A stretch of 64,000 bases of DNA from Thermostichus sp. DRC_bins_24 (GTDB lineage: Bacteria; Cyanobacteriota; Cyanobacteriia; Thermostichales; Thermostichaceae), in NCBI GenBank assembly GCA_039794845.1, contig JAUQVK010000025.1, forward strand, positions 1 through 64,000, read 5' to 3'. The notes under the pieces are model-generated. The model searched no databases, was not told the DNA's origin, and saw nothing but the letters and a program-made list of their open reading frames with translations. Position numbers and translations under genes: made by a program. The number at the start of each line of letters is the position of its first letter. Position 1 is the first letter of the stretch. Shown one piece after another: positions 9,543 through 19,268 of this stretch.

Positions 9543-11177
9543 GTGGTGTTCGCTCGTCTGGCCCAAAGTGGGGCGCGTCAGGCCGAGATCCTGGAGGTGG
9601 TCTTGCGCCATGGCTGGGACTACATGCGGCGCTTGCTCTCTTTTGGCAAAGCCGGAGAACCGCAACTGCCTCCCCCAATGGTGCTGCGCAACATTTTGGT
9701 GGATCTGGGGCCGGTTTACGTCAAGCTGGGTCAGCTCTTGAGCACCCGCCCAGATCTGTTGCCACGGGAGTATATTGAAGCCCTCAGCACCCTACAGGCG
9801 AATGTGCCCCCCGTTCCCTGGAGTGGGGTGGAAATGGTGCTACGCCAGCAGTTGCGGCAGCCCTTAGAGCAGGTTTTTAGCAGCATCGAAACGGAAGCTG
9901 TGGCGGCGGGATCCATCGCCCAGACCCATCGGGCCTGCCTCACGAGTGGTGAGTGGGTTGCTCTGAAAATCCAACGGCCTGGGCTAGAGGCAGTAGTAGA
10001 ACGAGATACCCGCCTGATTCGCGGTATTGCCGAGTTGGTGGCCCAAACGGATTTTGGCAAGCTGGCGGATGTGGTGTCGTTGGCGGAGGAGTTTTGTCGT
10101 GCCCTTCAGGTGGAGCTGGACTTTACCCAGGAGGCCCACCATACGGATCAATTGCGTCAACATTTGCAGGGCAGCCGTTGGTTCGACTCTACGCAGCTGG
10201 TGGTACCGCAGATCCATTGGCCCCTCACCACCCCGAAAGTGTTGGCCATGGAGTGGATCGAAGGCCAACCCCTGCTGGAGGCGGATCGCAGTGACGGGGA
10301 TCCGAAAAAGATTGCCCGGATGCTAACCCGTGCCTTTTTTCAGCAGATCTGCATCGATGGCTATTTTCACGCCGATCCCCACCCTGGCAATTTGTTTTAT
10401 CTGGGCTCCGGGCGGGTCGCCCTTCTAGATTGCGGCATGATTGGGCGCTTGGATCCCCGCACACAGCAAATTCTGCTGGAAATGATCCTCTCGATTGTCA
10501 GCCTAGATGCCCAACGCTGCGCGGAACTGACTCTGGAGCTGGCCCCCCCGGATCAACCCATCAACCTGGCTCAGTTGCAAAACGACTACGAGCGCCTCTT
10601 GCGGCAGTACTACACCCTTAGCGTCTCGGAAGTCGATTTTAGCCAGCTCTTTTACGAGGTATTGCAGGCGGCTCGGCGTAACCACATTCGCATTCCAGGG
10701 AATCTGGGCCTCTGCGCCAAGGCACTGGCCAACCTTGAGGGGATCGCACGGCAGCTCACCCCTGACTACAACCTGCCTGAGCAGATTCGCCCCCTGATGG
10801 CGGATGTGTTTCGGGCCCAGTTGGTGGGAGAAGCCCCTCTGCCCTCTCTGTTGCGCACCGCCTTGGATTTGAAAAATCTCTCTTTGCAGTCACCACGCCA
10901 GTTGGAATTGCTTCTCAGCCGCATCACCTCGGAGACCCAGCGCTGGAACCTGAGCCTGCGAGAACTAGAGGGGATCCGCAGCAGCCTGGACAACTCAGCC
11001 AACCGTCTTTCCTACAGCATTGTGGTCGGCTCTTTGATCATCGGAGCCGCCATCATTTCCGCCCAAACCCAACGGTTTCAGGTCTTTTGGCTGAGCGAGC
11101 TGCTGTTTGGGGCAGCCAGCCTGTTGGGGCTGTGGCTGATCATCAGCATTTTGCGTTCCGGACGCCTTCGGGGATAG
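9543..11177 (+). CDS. ABC1/AarF/UbiB atypical kinase
   Basis: LGPVYVKLGQLLSTRPDLLP, AAGSIAQTH, FHADPHPGN, LDCGMIG, two C-terminal TMs. Confidence 0.93.
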   Translation: MVFARLAQSGARQAEILEVVLRHGWDYMRRLLSFGKAGEPQLPPPMVLRNILVDLGPVYVKLGQLLSTRPDLLPREYIEALSTLQANVPPVPWSGVEMVLRQQLRQPLEQVFSSIETEAVAAGSIAQTHRACLTSGEWVALKIQRPGLEAVVERDTRLIRGIAELVAQTDFGKLADVVSLAEEFCRALQVELDFTQEAHHTDQLRQHLQGSRWFDSTQLVVPQIHWPLTTPKVLAMEWIEGQPLLEADRSDGDPKKIARMLTRAFFQQICIDGYFHADPHPGNLFYLGSGRVALLDCGMIGRLDPRTQQILLEMILSIVSLDAQRCAELTLELAPPDQPINLAQLQNDYERLLRQYYTLSVSEVDFSQLFYEVLQAARRNHIRIPGNLGLCAKALANLEGIARQLTPDYNLPEQIRPLMADVFRAQLVGEAPLPSLLRTALDLKNLSLQSPRQLELLLSRITSETQRWNLSLRELEGIRSSLDNSANRLSYSIVVGSLIIGAAIISAQTQRFQVFWLSELLFGAASLLGLWLIISILRSGRLRG

Positions 11178-11238
11178 GGTAATCTGCTCAGGGGGGATCC
11201 CGGTTAATCCTCCACCCCAGAGACGAGAAGCGGCTGCT

Positions 11239-12480
11239 TCAACGGCCGCCAATCACACCGATGTAATTGGTCACCCACTCGTAGTAGGGCACACAGTCCA
11301 TGCGGCCATCGCCACAGTCGGCCACGGGGGTTTTCCAGAAGGAGATGCGCTCAAAATTGTCGATGCCGTTGGTCTGGCAACCCTCCGGCCCCAGGAGCTC
11401 GCTGGCCTGACAAGCGGCAGGCACCACCGGTACCGATCCAAACCAAGCCGCCAGATCCCCTTGTACCTTCGGGTTCAAGGAATGCTCCATCCACAGGTAG
11501 GCACAGTTGGGGTGCTTGGCCGTGGCACTGAGCATGGTGGTATCCGACCAGCCGGTGGCTCCTTCCTCCGGCACAACACTGGCAATGGGTTGTCCTTCCG
11601 ACTGCAACAGGTTCACCTGGAAGGGCCAGGAGCCAGAGGCCACCACCCCCTCATTGACAAAATCATCCACCTGCACCGCCGCATCGTGCCAGTAGCGCCC
11701 GATCAGCTGCCGTTGTTGCCGCAACAAATCCAAAGCCGCATCAAATTGTTCGCGGGTAAGCTCGTAGGGATCCGTAATGCCCAATTCCGGGCGGTGGGCC
11801 TTCAGGTACAGGGCGGCATCGGCAATGTAAATGGGGCCATCGTAGGCTTGGATGCGACCCTTGTTGGATTTGCCATCCGCCAGGATTTTTTCCTCAAACA
11901 CCACATCCCAGCTGGTGGGGGGCTCCCGGAAGGCCTGGGTGTTGTACATCAAGACATTGGATCCCCATTGGTAGGGCACGCCGTAGTGTTTGCCCTCCAC
12001 GGTGTGCCAGGGGGCATCCTGCAGGCGGGGGTCGATGGTGTCCCAACTGGGAATCAGACGGGGGTTGATTTGCTGTACCCGTTCCCCCTTGATCAGGCGC
12101 AGCGTGGCATCCCCAGAAGCGGTCACCAGATCGAAGCCACCTTCGTTCATCAGGGCCACCATCTCATCGGAGGTTGCCGCCACCTTGACGCTGACTTTGC
12201 AACCGGTTTCTTTCTCAAAGCCGGTGACCCAGTCGTAGGCGGGATCCGTCTCCCCCCGTTCGATATAGCCTGCCCAAGCCACGATCGAGACCGCCCCCTC
12301 CGGGCGGCCCAAGCGATACAGAGGGCCACGGGCAGCGTGAGCAGAATGAGGGGTGAGCAGCAACGTCAGCAGGGCCAAGCCCAGCGAGAGCAACAGGGTC
12401 AGCCCCAGCCGCAACCACAGGCGAGGAGGCACCGAGAAGATACTGCGTAGACGAGTGAAGGGTTTGAGGTTGGCGATCAC
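11239..12480 (-). CDS. Polyamine/spermidine-type ABC substrate-binding protein (YdcS-like)
   Basis: Signal peptide ending AHA; AWAGYIE, FEKETGCKV, YGVPYQWG, PEEGATGWSD, HPNCAY. Confidence 0.88.
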   Translation of the reverse strand: MIANLKPFTRLRSIFSVPPRLWLRLGLTLLLSLGLALLTLLLTPHSAHAARGPLYRLGRPEGAVSIVAWAGYIERGETDPAYDWVTGFEKETGCKVSVKVAATSDEMVALMNEGGFDLVTASGDATLRLIKGERVQQINPRLIPSWDTIDPRLQDAPWHTVEGKHYGVPYQWGSNVLMYNTQAFREPPTSWDVVFEEKILADGKSNKGRIQAYDGPIYIADAALYLKAHRPELGITDPYELTREQFDAALDLLRQQRQLIGRYWHDAAVQVDDFVNEGVVASGSWPFQVNLLQSEGQPIASVVPEEGATGWSDTTMLSATAKHPNCAYLWMEHSLNPKVQGDLAAWFGSVPVVPAACQASELLGPEGCQTNGIDNFERISFWKTPVADCGDGRMDCVPYYEWVTNYIGVIGGR

Positions 12481-12592
12481 AAGCTTCTCCCAGGCAACGA
12501 CCGTGCTGGTTTAAGGGTAAATCATTCCACCGGGGGGGTATCGCCACATTGAAAACAATATTCAACTTCCCGCCCTGGGAGTCCCCGAAGGC

Positions 12593-14596
12593 TTAGCGCC
12601 GCTTGAGCACCAGCAGGGTGAGGTCATCGTAAAGGGTTTGGGATCCGATAAATTGCCGCACCTCTTTGATGATCGACTGGCGGATCTGGCTGGCGCTCTG
12701 GTGCCAGTGGCGGCCAATGGCTTCACAGAGCCGGTCTAGGCCAAATTGCTCTTTGGCTTCGTTTTCGGCTTCGGTAATGCCGTCGGTATAAAGCACTACC
12801 CCGTCTCCTGGCTCTAGGAAAAGTTCGTGCTGATCCACAAAGGCGCTGATGTCGGCCTCCAGCCCGATGGGAAAACCCAAGTCGATCGTATCGATCCGCT
12901 GGATCTCACCATTGGCCCGCACCAGGATCAATTCTTCGTGTTGGCCGCTTAACTTGAGCTTGCCCGAGTGGTAATCCAACAGCGATAGGCTGAGGTTCTT
13001 ATCGGTGCGCATGCGCTGCAGATTCTCGTAGATAACCTGGTTCAGGGTGGATAAAAAGCGTTTGCTGTCGGTTTCCCCATTGGCCAGTAGCGTGCGTATG
13101 GCCATCTGCACCATGATCATCAACACGCCACTTTCTAGACCATGCCCGGTGACATCGCCGATGCCAATTTTGACGTGACCATTTTGATGCAAAACATCGT
13201 AGTAATCTCCCCCCACCTCTGCTGCCGGTTCCATAAAGCCTGCTATATCCAGCCCTGGGATCCCTTGCAATTCTTCATCCTTGGGTAGGATCATCTGCTG
13301 TAGGCGACGGGTGATCTCCACTTCGGCACTGAGGCGAAAGTTCTCCACTTGCAGAGCTTGGTTCAGTTGCGAGATCTCGTGGTTGGCCTCCGCTAGGGCT
13401 TTTTGGGAGCGTTTCAACTCTTCGGTTTTTTGGTTGAGCAGCCACTGATCATGAATAGCCTGTGGCACCGCTTGGAGCAAATCCACCACCACGGCGGCGG
13501 TGGCAAAACCTGCCTGCTCCACCCCTAGCCAGGGCAAGGGATCCACCGGCCCAGGGCTGCTGGCCAGAATGTCAAATTGCAAATCTGGGCGGATTTGGCC
13601 GATGTGATAGTCGCGGCGCACATGATGGTTGGGGGCAATTTGCCAAAGGCCACCGGGCGACTCCAACGTTTGGCCGATGGCAGCCTGTCGCACCGCTTCT
13701 ACGTCTGGCGATTGGGCTGCTTGGGCGGATTGCCACCACAGATACACCTGCGCGTAGGCAGCAGCGACCGGATCGTTGATGACGCGATGACGACCATAAC
13801 GCCGCCGGAACCGGCTTAAAAAGGCTTGGTTGGCGGGGGTTTGCAGATTCTGAAAATGCCCCCAACAGGCGTAGTGTCCCACTGCTGCCGAGCCAATGTG
13901 CAACAGCTCCACCTCGGAAATGCTCACCGCCATCACCGGCATTTGGGCCGCTAAGATCCCTGCCTCCGACAAGGCGGTGTAAAAGCCGAGGTTGCTGTCG
14001 CCATTGAGGGTGCTGAAGATGGCATCCGGGGCGGTCTGACGGAGGGCTTGCAACACGCTCCCAAAGTGCCGGGATCCCAGTGGGACATAGCATTCCCCCG
14101 CCAACTGTCCGCCCCAATGGTGTAACTGCCCCTTCAGGTAGGTATGGGCCACCCGCGGAAAGACATAGTCGGATCCCACCAAAAAGATGCGGCGATGCCC
14201 CTGCTGCAACAACCAATGCAAGGCCGGCTCCACCTGCTGGTTGAGACAGGCCCCGGTGTAAAACACCTGCCGCGACTGCTCCATGCCCTCGTACTGTACC
14301 GGGTACCACAACAGGGCATCCGCTGCTTCAAAGATGGGCAACACCGCTTTGCGACTAAGTGAAGTCCAGCAGCCAAACACCGTCGCCACCTGTGGAATCA
14401 ACCACTCGGCAGCCGATAAGAATCGCTCCGGGTTGGAAGCCCCATCTTCGATGATGGGTTCGATCTCTGAGCCGAACAGGCCCCCCTGTTGGTTGATCTC
14501 ATCGATGGCCAACAGGGCTGCATCCACCAGGGGGGCTTCACTGATGGCCATGGTGCCGCTGAGGGAATGCAGGATCCCAACTTGGATGGTAGACAT
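12593..14596 (-). CDS. UrtA/AmiC-like ligand-binding domain fused to a SpoIIE/PP2C (RsbU-like) Ser phosphatase
   Basis: N-terminus VGILHSLSGTMAISE...VFGCWTS.SRKAVLP..YPVQYEG; coiled coil; C-terminus VGGDYYD, IGDVTGHG, YTDGITE, DDLT. Confidence 0.9.
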   Translation of the reverse strand: MSTIQVGILHSLSGTMAISEAPLVDAALLAIDEINQQGGLFGSEIEPIIEDGASNPERFLSAAEWLIPQVATVFGCWTSLSRKAVLPIFEAADALLWYPVQYEGMEQSRQVFYTGACLNQQVEPALHWLLQQGHRRIFLVGSDYVFPRVAHTYLKGQLHHWGGQLAGECYVPLGSRHFGSVLQALRQTAPDAIFSTLNGDSNLGFYTALSEAGILAAQMPVMAVSISEVELLHIGSAAVGHYACWGHFQNLQTPANQAFLSRFRRRYGRHRVINDPVAAAYAQVYLWWQSAQAAQSPDVEAVRQAAIGQTLESPGGLWQIAPNHHVRRDYHIGQIRPDLQFDILASSPGPVDPLPWLGVEQAGFATAAVVVDLLQAVPQAIHDQWLLNQKTEELKRSQKALAEANHEISQLNQALQVENFRLSAEVEITRRLQQMILPKDEELQGIPGLDIAGFMEPAAEVGGDYYDVLHQNGHVKIGIGDVTGHGLESGVLMIMVQMAIRTLLANGETDSKRFLSTLNQVIYENLQRMRTDKNLSLSLLDYHSGKLKLSGQHEELILVRANGEIQRIDTIDLGFPIGLEADISAFVDQHELFLEPGDGVVLYTDGITEAENEAKEQFGLDRLCEAIGRHWHQSASQIRQSIIKEVRQFIGSQTLYDDLTLLVLKRR

Positions 14597-14654
14597 ATCC
14601 CTCTCTCTATAAAGATGAGGCAAAGATGAGGCCCAAGGCTCGCACGACAGCCCT

Positions 14655-14668
14655 GTAGTCTAATGTAC
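14655..14668. promoter_or_regulatory. Putative NtcA box upstream of the UrtA-PP2C gene
   Basis: (T)GTAGTCTAATGTAC = GTA-N8-TAC, about 60 bp upstream of ATG 14596. Confidence 0.45.
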
Positions 14669-14687
14669 CTAACCCCACCGCCGGGGA

Positions 14688-15290
14688 TTAGATGCCTTCT
14701 AAGTTGACATTCAGAAAGCGGGCCATCTCCGCCGCTTGATTTTCGATCTCGGCCAGAGGGGGTGGCTGCCCAACGCCCGTGAGGGGAATATCGCCACGCC
14801 CCTTCACCCGCAAATAAATGGCTCGGCGGGGGTTTAGCCCTTCTCTTAGCTCTACCCTTAGGCTTTGCACATCGGCAAAGTCATACTCGAGGCGTACTTC
14901 GCGGTTTTTGCCCGGAAAACCCTGCCGTACTAAGGTTACCTTTTGGGTTTGGCGGTCAAATTCGTTGTAGCCGCCCCCCAAGTTCCAGTACAAACTCAGC
15001 CATTGGTACAGCCCCGCCAGGGATCCGAGCACGCCGTAGAAGAGCATGGCAATGCCTTGAGGGATGAACACCAGCGCCGCTGGCTGAGAAAAGGGCAACA
15101 GATTTCGGTGGAAATAGCTCGAGAGGCCTGCCAAAGTAAAGCCCAGGCCGCCTGCCGTCAGCGCCACCGCCCAAAAGTAGACGCTGGCCCGCCGCGATCC
15201 AATCACGGTGTAGCGCAACCTATCGGCAGAGCGGATTTCTGGCACAGTTGTGGACACAAGCGGGATCCCTACAGGCTCTCCGATTTTCAT
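14688..15290 (-). CDS. ycf4: Photosystem I assembly protein Ycf4
   Basis: GSRR..YFWA, GLSSY, FIPQGIAM.FYG, GGGYNEFD, GFPGKNR, EGLNPRR, IPLT. Start is ATG 15290 or GTG 15257. Confidence 0.95.
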   Translation of the reverse strand: MKIGEPVGIPLVSTTVPEIRSADRLRYTVIGSRRASVYFWAVALTAGGLGFTLAGLSSYFHRNLLPFSQPAALVFIPQGIAMLFYGVLGSLAGLYQWLSLYWNLGGGYNEFDRQTQKVTLVRQGFPGKNREVRLEYDFADVQSLRVELREGLNPRRAIYLRVKGRGDIPLTGVGQPPPLAEIENQAAEMARFLNVNLEGI

Positions 15291-15441
15291 CTTAAGCCGC
15301 AGTGTCCCCCCCTGCAGAAATTGCGCCAAGTTGCAGCCCAACCTGCGTCAGGCCGACAGCTCAGACGGCTTCATGAGGCTCCTAAAGGGGTAATTTATTT
15401 GCCAAGCTGGAAAAAAAGTCTTTGCCCACTCTTTCATCCGT

Positions 15442-16416
15442 GTGACCATGAGCATGAGCGTTCTCTCCCGCCCCGGTTCTCCTCGGTTGTCCCGCTGGTG
15501 TTCGGTGGGCTTGCTCACCCTTGGCCTGCTAGGGCTGCAGGTCCATGCCAACCCGGCTGAAGTCCTGCCCACCCAATTCAACCGCGAAGAACAAACCAGC
15601 ATCGATGTTTACCAGGCGGCTAGCCCGGCGGTGGTGACCATTGGCAACGGTCGCAGCACCGGCTCAGGCACCTTTGTCCGTCCTGAGGGGTTGATCCTCA
15701 CCAATGAACACGTGGTCAGGGGAGCCCGCCATGGGCTGGTGCAGGTACGCACCGCGGCGGGTAGAACCTACACGGGCGAGGTGATCGCGGTGGATCGGCC
15801 CAACGACCTGGCTTTGGTGCGCTTGAGGGATACGGGCGGCGCGACCTTCCCGACGGTGCCCTTGGCTTCTGAGTCGGGCATTCGCGTCGGCCAGCAAGTT
15901 TTTGCCATCGGCAGCCCCTTTGGCCTTTCCGGCACTCTCACCACCGGTATTCTCAGCCGCATTGCCCCCAATGGGGATCTGCAAACCGATGCCGCCATCA
16001 ACCCCGGCAACTCCGGCGGCCCTTTGCTCAACTCGCGGGGGGAATTGATCGGTGTTAACAAAGCCATCCTCTCCTCGGGGCGGGGGAACTTAGGCATTGG
16101 CTTTGCCACCAACGCCATTGTTGCCCGCTCCTTCATCGACCAAAACCTGAACAACCCGCCTCTGGTGGCCGGCGCTCCGACCGGCCCACGCTTGGGGGTG
16201 GCTGTGGATCCCCAGACGTTGGTGATCCGGGAAGTTCAGGTGGGATCCCTGGCAAGCCGCATCGGCCTGCAACCGGGGGATCGTCTGGTGGGGCTGAATG
16301 GGCGTCGTTTGACCAGCTTGGAACAACTGCTGGATTACCTGGATTCCCGTCCGCAATCGGCGCGGCTGACGATCGGGCGTGGGCGACAACTGGCGGAGAT
16401 CCCGGTGCAGTTTTGA
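15442..16416 (+). CDS. HtrA/Deg-family serine protease with PDZ domain
   Basis: GSG, LTNEHV, DLAL, QTDAAINPGNSGGPL, C-terminal PDZ; signal peptide. Confidence 0.92.
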   Translation: MTMSMSVLSRPGSPRLSRWCSVGLLTLGLLGLQVHANPAEVLPTQFNREEQTSIDVYQAASPAVVTIGNGRSTGSGTFVRPEGLILTNEHVVRGARHGLVQVRTAAGRTYTGEVIAVDRPNDLALVRLRDTGGATFPTVPLASESGIRVGQQVFAIGSPFGLSGTLTTGILSRIAPNGDLQTDAAINPGNSGGPLLNSRGELIGVNKAILSSGRGNLGIGFATNAIVARSFIDQNLNNPPLVAGAPTGPRLGVAVDPQTLVIREVQVGSLASRIGLQPGDRLVGLNGRRLTSLEQLLDYLDSRPQSARLTIGRGRQLAEIPVQF

Positions 16417-16464
16417 GGGGGGTGGCGTGGCTTTCAGCTCTGCCTGAAATCCCCTAGAAATCTT

Positions 16465-17610
16465 CTAGGGCTGCGGTTCAGTAGGGGTGACGAACTCCCC
16501 AGGGGCTGCATCAGGAGGATTGGGGGAAGTCGGCTCAGGAGACTCTGAAGATGAAGAGGGTTCAGAGGTTTCGCTTTTGGGCGTGGGTTCCGGGCTAGTT
16601 GCCGGTTCTGGAGTTGCCGTCGGTTGGGGTTCTGCGGCTGGGGAGGGGGCTTCTGGTTCCGAATCGGACACAGGGGCAGCGGGCAGTTGCAGAGCCTCTT
16701 GGGCGGTGCGCTCCCCAAAGGCGGAAAGGGCAATGGCGGCTTCCCCGCGGCTGACGGGCTCGAAGGGGTTGAAGGTGCGAATCGGGCCAAAGGTGCGCAA
16801 CACGGTCGAGGCATTGTTCAGGCGGCGATCCGCAACCAAGGGGGCAATTGCCTCCGGGGGCACCTGTGCCGCATCCGTAAAGCCCCACCCCTCCTCCAAT
16901 TCCTGCAGGGATCCCTTCACTTGGCCGGGGGGCAGATCCAGCGGTACTTTCATGCGGATCAGCTCGGCCCGAGACAGTAGGCTGTTGGGGCGAAACTCCT
17001 GATTGGCATCACCATCAATTAACCCGGCTGCTCCCAGGGCTTGAATGTAGCGAAAGTGGGGATCCTCCTCCGGCACATCCAAGAAGATCGGGCGCTCTGT
17101 GGCGGAGCCGAGACGGATCTGGCGGCTGGGCTCATCGGCATGAATGGCATTGTTGGCCAGCACCAGCCAGCGGGCAAATTCACCCCGACGGATGCTGCGT
17201 TGCGGCTGAAATTCGTTGCCCGTCAGATCCTCAAACACCCCCAGCCGATCCAACTGATTCACCGAGCGGGCCACCAGGGATCCCGCCTCCACATCCGCAA
17301 AACGACCGTTGCCTTCGGGGGGAATTGGGCGGGATGGGGCCGCGGTGGCCGGAGGGCTGGATAGACCCGGAGAAGGGATGGGGTCGGGGCTGGAGTCCGG
17401 TAGAGATTGGAATCTGGGGAGGGCGGGAGCTTCTGCAGGCGGGAGGGGCCGAACCACCTGTTCCAGGCGATCCCCCCACTCGGTGCCCTGACAGGCAGCC
17501 AACAACCACGCCAGCAAGACGATCCCACTCGGCTTGAGCCGGTGGCCGGGCTTGCACCGTAACGAATCGGGCTGATGATGTAGCACCCTATCTTCCCCCT
17601 TTAGGCCCAT
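16465..17610 (-). CDS. S-layer homology (SLH) domain lipoprotein
   Basis: Lipobox LAAC; F.DV, RGEFARW, F.P...LSRAE, P.EPVSRGEAA SLH repeats; Pro/Ser/Glu-rich tail. Start uncertain. Confidence 0.85.
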   Translation of the reverse strand: MGLKGEDRVLHHQPDSLRCKPGHRLKPSGIVLLAWLLAACQGTEWGDRLEQVVRPLPPAEAPALPRFQSLPDSSPDPIPSPGLSSPPATAAPSRPIPPEGNGRFADVEAGSLVARSVNQLDRLGVFEDLTGNEFQPQRSIRRGEFARWLVLANNAIHADEPSRQIRLGSATERPIFLDVPEEDPHFRYIQALGAAGLIDGDANQEFRPNSLLSRAELIRMKVPLDLPPGQVKGSLQELEEGWGFTDAAQVPPEAIAPLVADRRLNNASTVLRTFGPIRTFNPFEPVSRGEAAIALSAFGERTAQEALQLPAAPVSDSEPEAPSPAAEPQPTATPEPATSPEPTPKSETSEPSSSSESPEPTSPNPPDAAPGEFVTPTEPQP

Positions 17611-17912
17611 TTGCGGCTGAACTCCTCCAAAACATCCAGCAGGTTGAGCAGGCTCTGCATCGGCAACAGATCCGCTAGGGGCAACTCTTTGCGTCCCCCC
17701 CCTAGCTTCACCGGGATCTCCCGCAACACTTGGGTCACCGCTGCTTCATCCACCTTGCCGGCCATCACTTGTGGGGCCAGCCGCTCCGCCAAAAGCGTAT
17801 GCAGATGGGCATCCCGCAGGTAAAGGTGCCAGCGGGCCACATCCATGTACACTTCCTCGCCAATAGCGGCGGCCAGTTGCTCGAGTTCAGGGTTGCTGGG
17901 CACTGTGGCCAT
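17601..17912 (-). CDS. DUF3181 family protein
   Basis: LAAAIGEEVYMDVARWHLYLRDAHL, IPVKLGGG...LPL.DLLP. Confidence 0.85.
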   Translation of the reverse strand: MATVPSNPELEQLAAAIGEEVYMDVARWHLYLRDAHLHTLLAERLAPQVMAGKVDEAAVTQVLREIPVKLGGGRKELPLADLLPMQSLLNLLDVLEEFSRKWA

Positions 17913-17976
17913 CGCTCAACTCCGTTGGTGTTCGAGTTTGCCCTCAGTCACAGCATAACCTGGGGCAAAGGGATCC

Positions 17977-18684
17977 TCAGGGGGAGCCGGCAGCGGAGCG
18001 GCTGGGCAGGGGAAGGGCAAAGTTGTCTTGGAGCTGCCGCAGCATCAGCAGGTGTTCTAGGGCCAGGCGATCCCGTTCGGTGCGCAATTCGCTCAGCTGG
18101 GCTTGAATTTGGCGAATATCGGTTTCGGCGGAGTCCCAGTCTTGCAACAGGCGATAGAGACGCTCCTGTTTGTCGGCAATTTGTGCGTTCAAACGGGCCA
18201 GCTGTTGGCTGAATTCCACATTCATCTCCTCTGCCAGATCTGCATCCGGCAGCAGGGCCAAGCGCTCCAAATGAATGCCCAGCTCCGCCAGGGTCGGGGG
18301 GGGTGGATCCAATTTTTTCAGGAGGGGAAACCGGGAAAAGGGAAACAACTCCGCCTCTGCACCGGGCAAAACGGGCCGCCAACGTTCGGGGGCAGGGGTT
18401 TGGGGGCGGGCCATCGGGGTGGTAAGACGGGGCAGTCGCCCTGGCAACGGCAGGTTCGTCGGGTCGGGGTCGGGTTCCAAGGCAGCAGGTGAGGAAGAGG
18501 GCCGCCCCGGATCCCTCTCATTCAACCCATTCAGCTCCGGGGAGCGGATCCCATTTGGGGCTGCGCCAAGTCCGGGGGTACTCTGGGCCTGTACCTCCAG
18601 GGATCCGAAACCCCACAGCCAAAGGCAAGCTCCTAGCCCCCAGACCCAGCGAAAAGCTTTTCCCACACCCCACTCCACAGACAT
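17977..18684 (-). CDS. Spy/CpxP-like periplasmic protein
   Basis: Signal peptide (VQAQ), Pro-rich linker, helical C-domain; directly downstream of the anti-sigma gene. Confidence 0.6.
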   Translation of the reverse strand: MSVEWGVGKAFRWVWGLGACLWLWGFGSLEVQAQSTPGLGAAPNGIRSPELNGLNERDPGRPSSSPAALEPDPDPTNLPLPGRLPRLTTPMARPQTPAPERWRPVLPGAEAELFPFSRFPLLKKLDPPPPTLAELGIHLERLALLPDADLAEEMNVEFSQQLARLNAQIADKQERLYRLLQDWDSAETDIRQIQAQLSELRTERDRLALEHLLMLRQLQDNFALPLPSRSAAGSP

Positions 18685-18686
18685 TC

Positions 18687-19268
18687 CTAGGGCACCTCAG
18701 CTCCGCCGTAGGGCGGTACCTCAAACAAAATCGAGTAGGCGTCCTGCTTTTGGACCGGCTCGAACAGGTAGCGCTGGGCAACGCGAGCAGAGGCCGGCAC
18801 GATGGCCACGCGCACCGGCGGATGATCCAGGGACACCAACGGCTGCGGGTTATACCAGTGCCAGCCCGCCCAGCCTGCTCCCGCCAAAACCACTACAGCA
18901 GCGGCCACCCGCCCCCAGGGATTGCGACTGCGCCGCCGCCGGGATCCCCAGCCCAGATCGACCACCGGTGCTTGATCCAACTCATCGAACACGCGGCTGA
19001 TCAGCAGCTCCGTCTGGGCGCCGTCCAAAGTCGGGGTCTCTAGGTTGGCCAAACCCGCCTGCAAAGCCGCCAGTCGGCTGTACAGTTGCCGCCCCTGGGC
19101 ATCGGCTGCCAGCCAGTCCTCCACTTGCCGCGCCTCTTGGGGCGATAATTCCCCATCTAGGTAGGCGCTCAACTGTTCAAAGCGCTCCTCAACCTTCGGT
19201 AACTCTTGCGGCGGGTGATTGCGGGGATCCCCGCAGTTGGGGTTAGAGTTGCCGCGAAACATGCTCAT
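18687..19268 (-). CDS. Anti-sigma factor (RseA/zf-HC2-like, one TM)
   Basis: FEQLSAYLDGELSPQEARQVEDWL, single TM; overlaps the sigma stop by 4 nt. Confidence 0.88.
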   Translation of the reverse strand: MSMFRGNSNPNCGDPRNHPPQELPKVEERFEQLSAYLDGELSPQEARQVEDWLAADAQGRQLYSRLAALQAGLANLETPTLDGAQTELLISRVFDELDQAPVVDLGWGSRRRRSRNPWGRVAAAVVVLAGAGWAGWHWYNPQPLVSLDHPPVRVAIVPASARVAQRYLFEPVQKQDAYSILFEVPPYGGAEVP

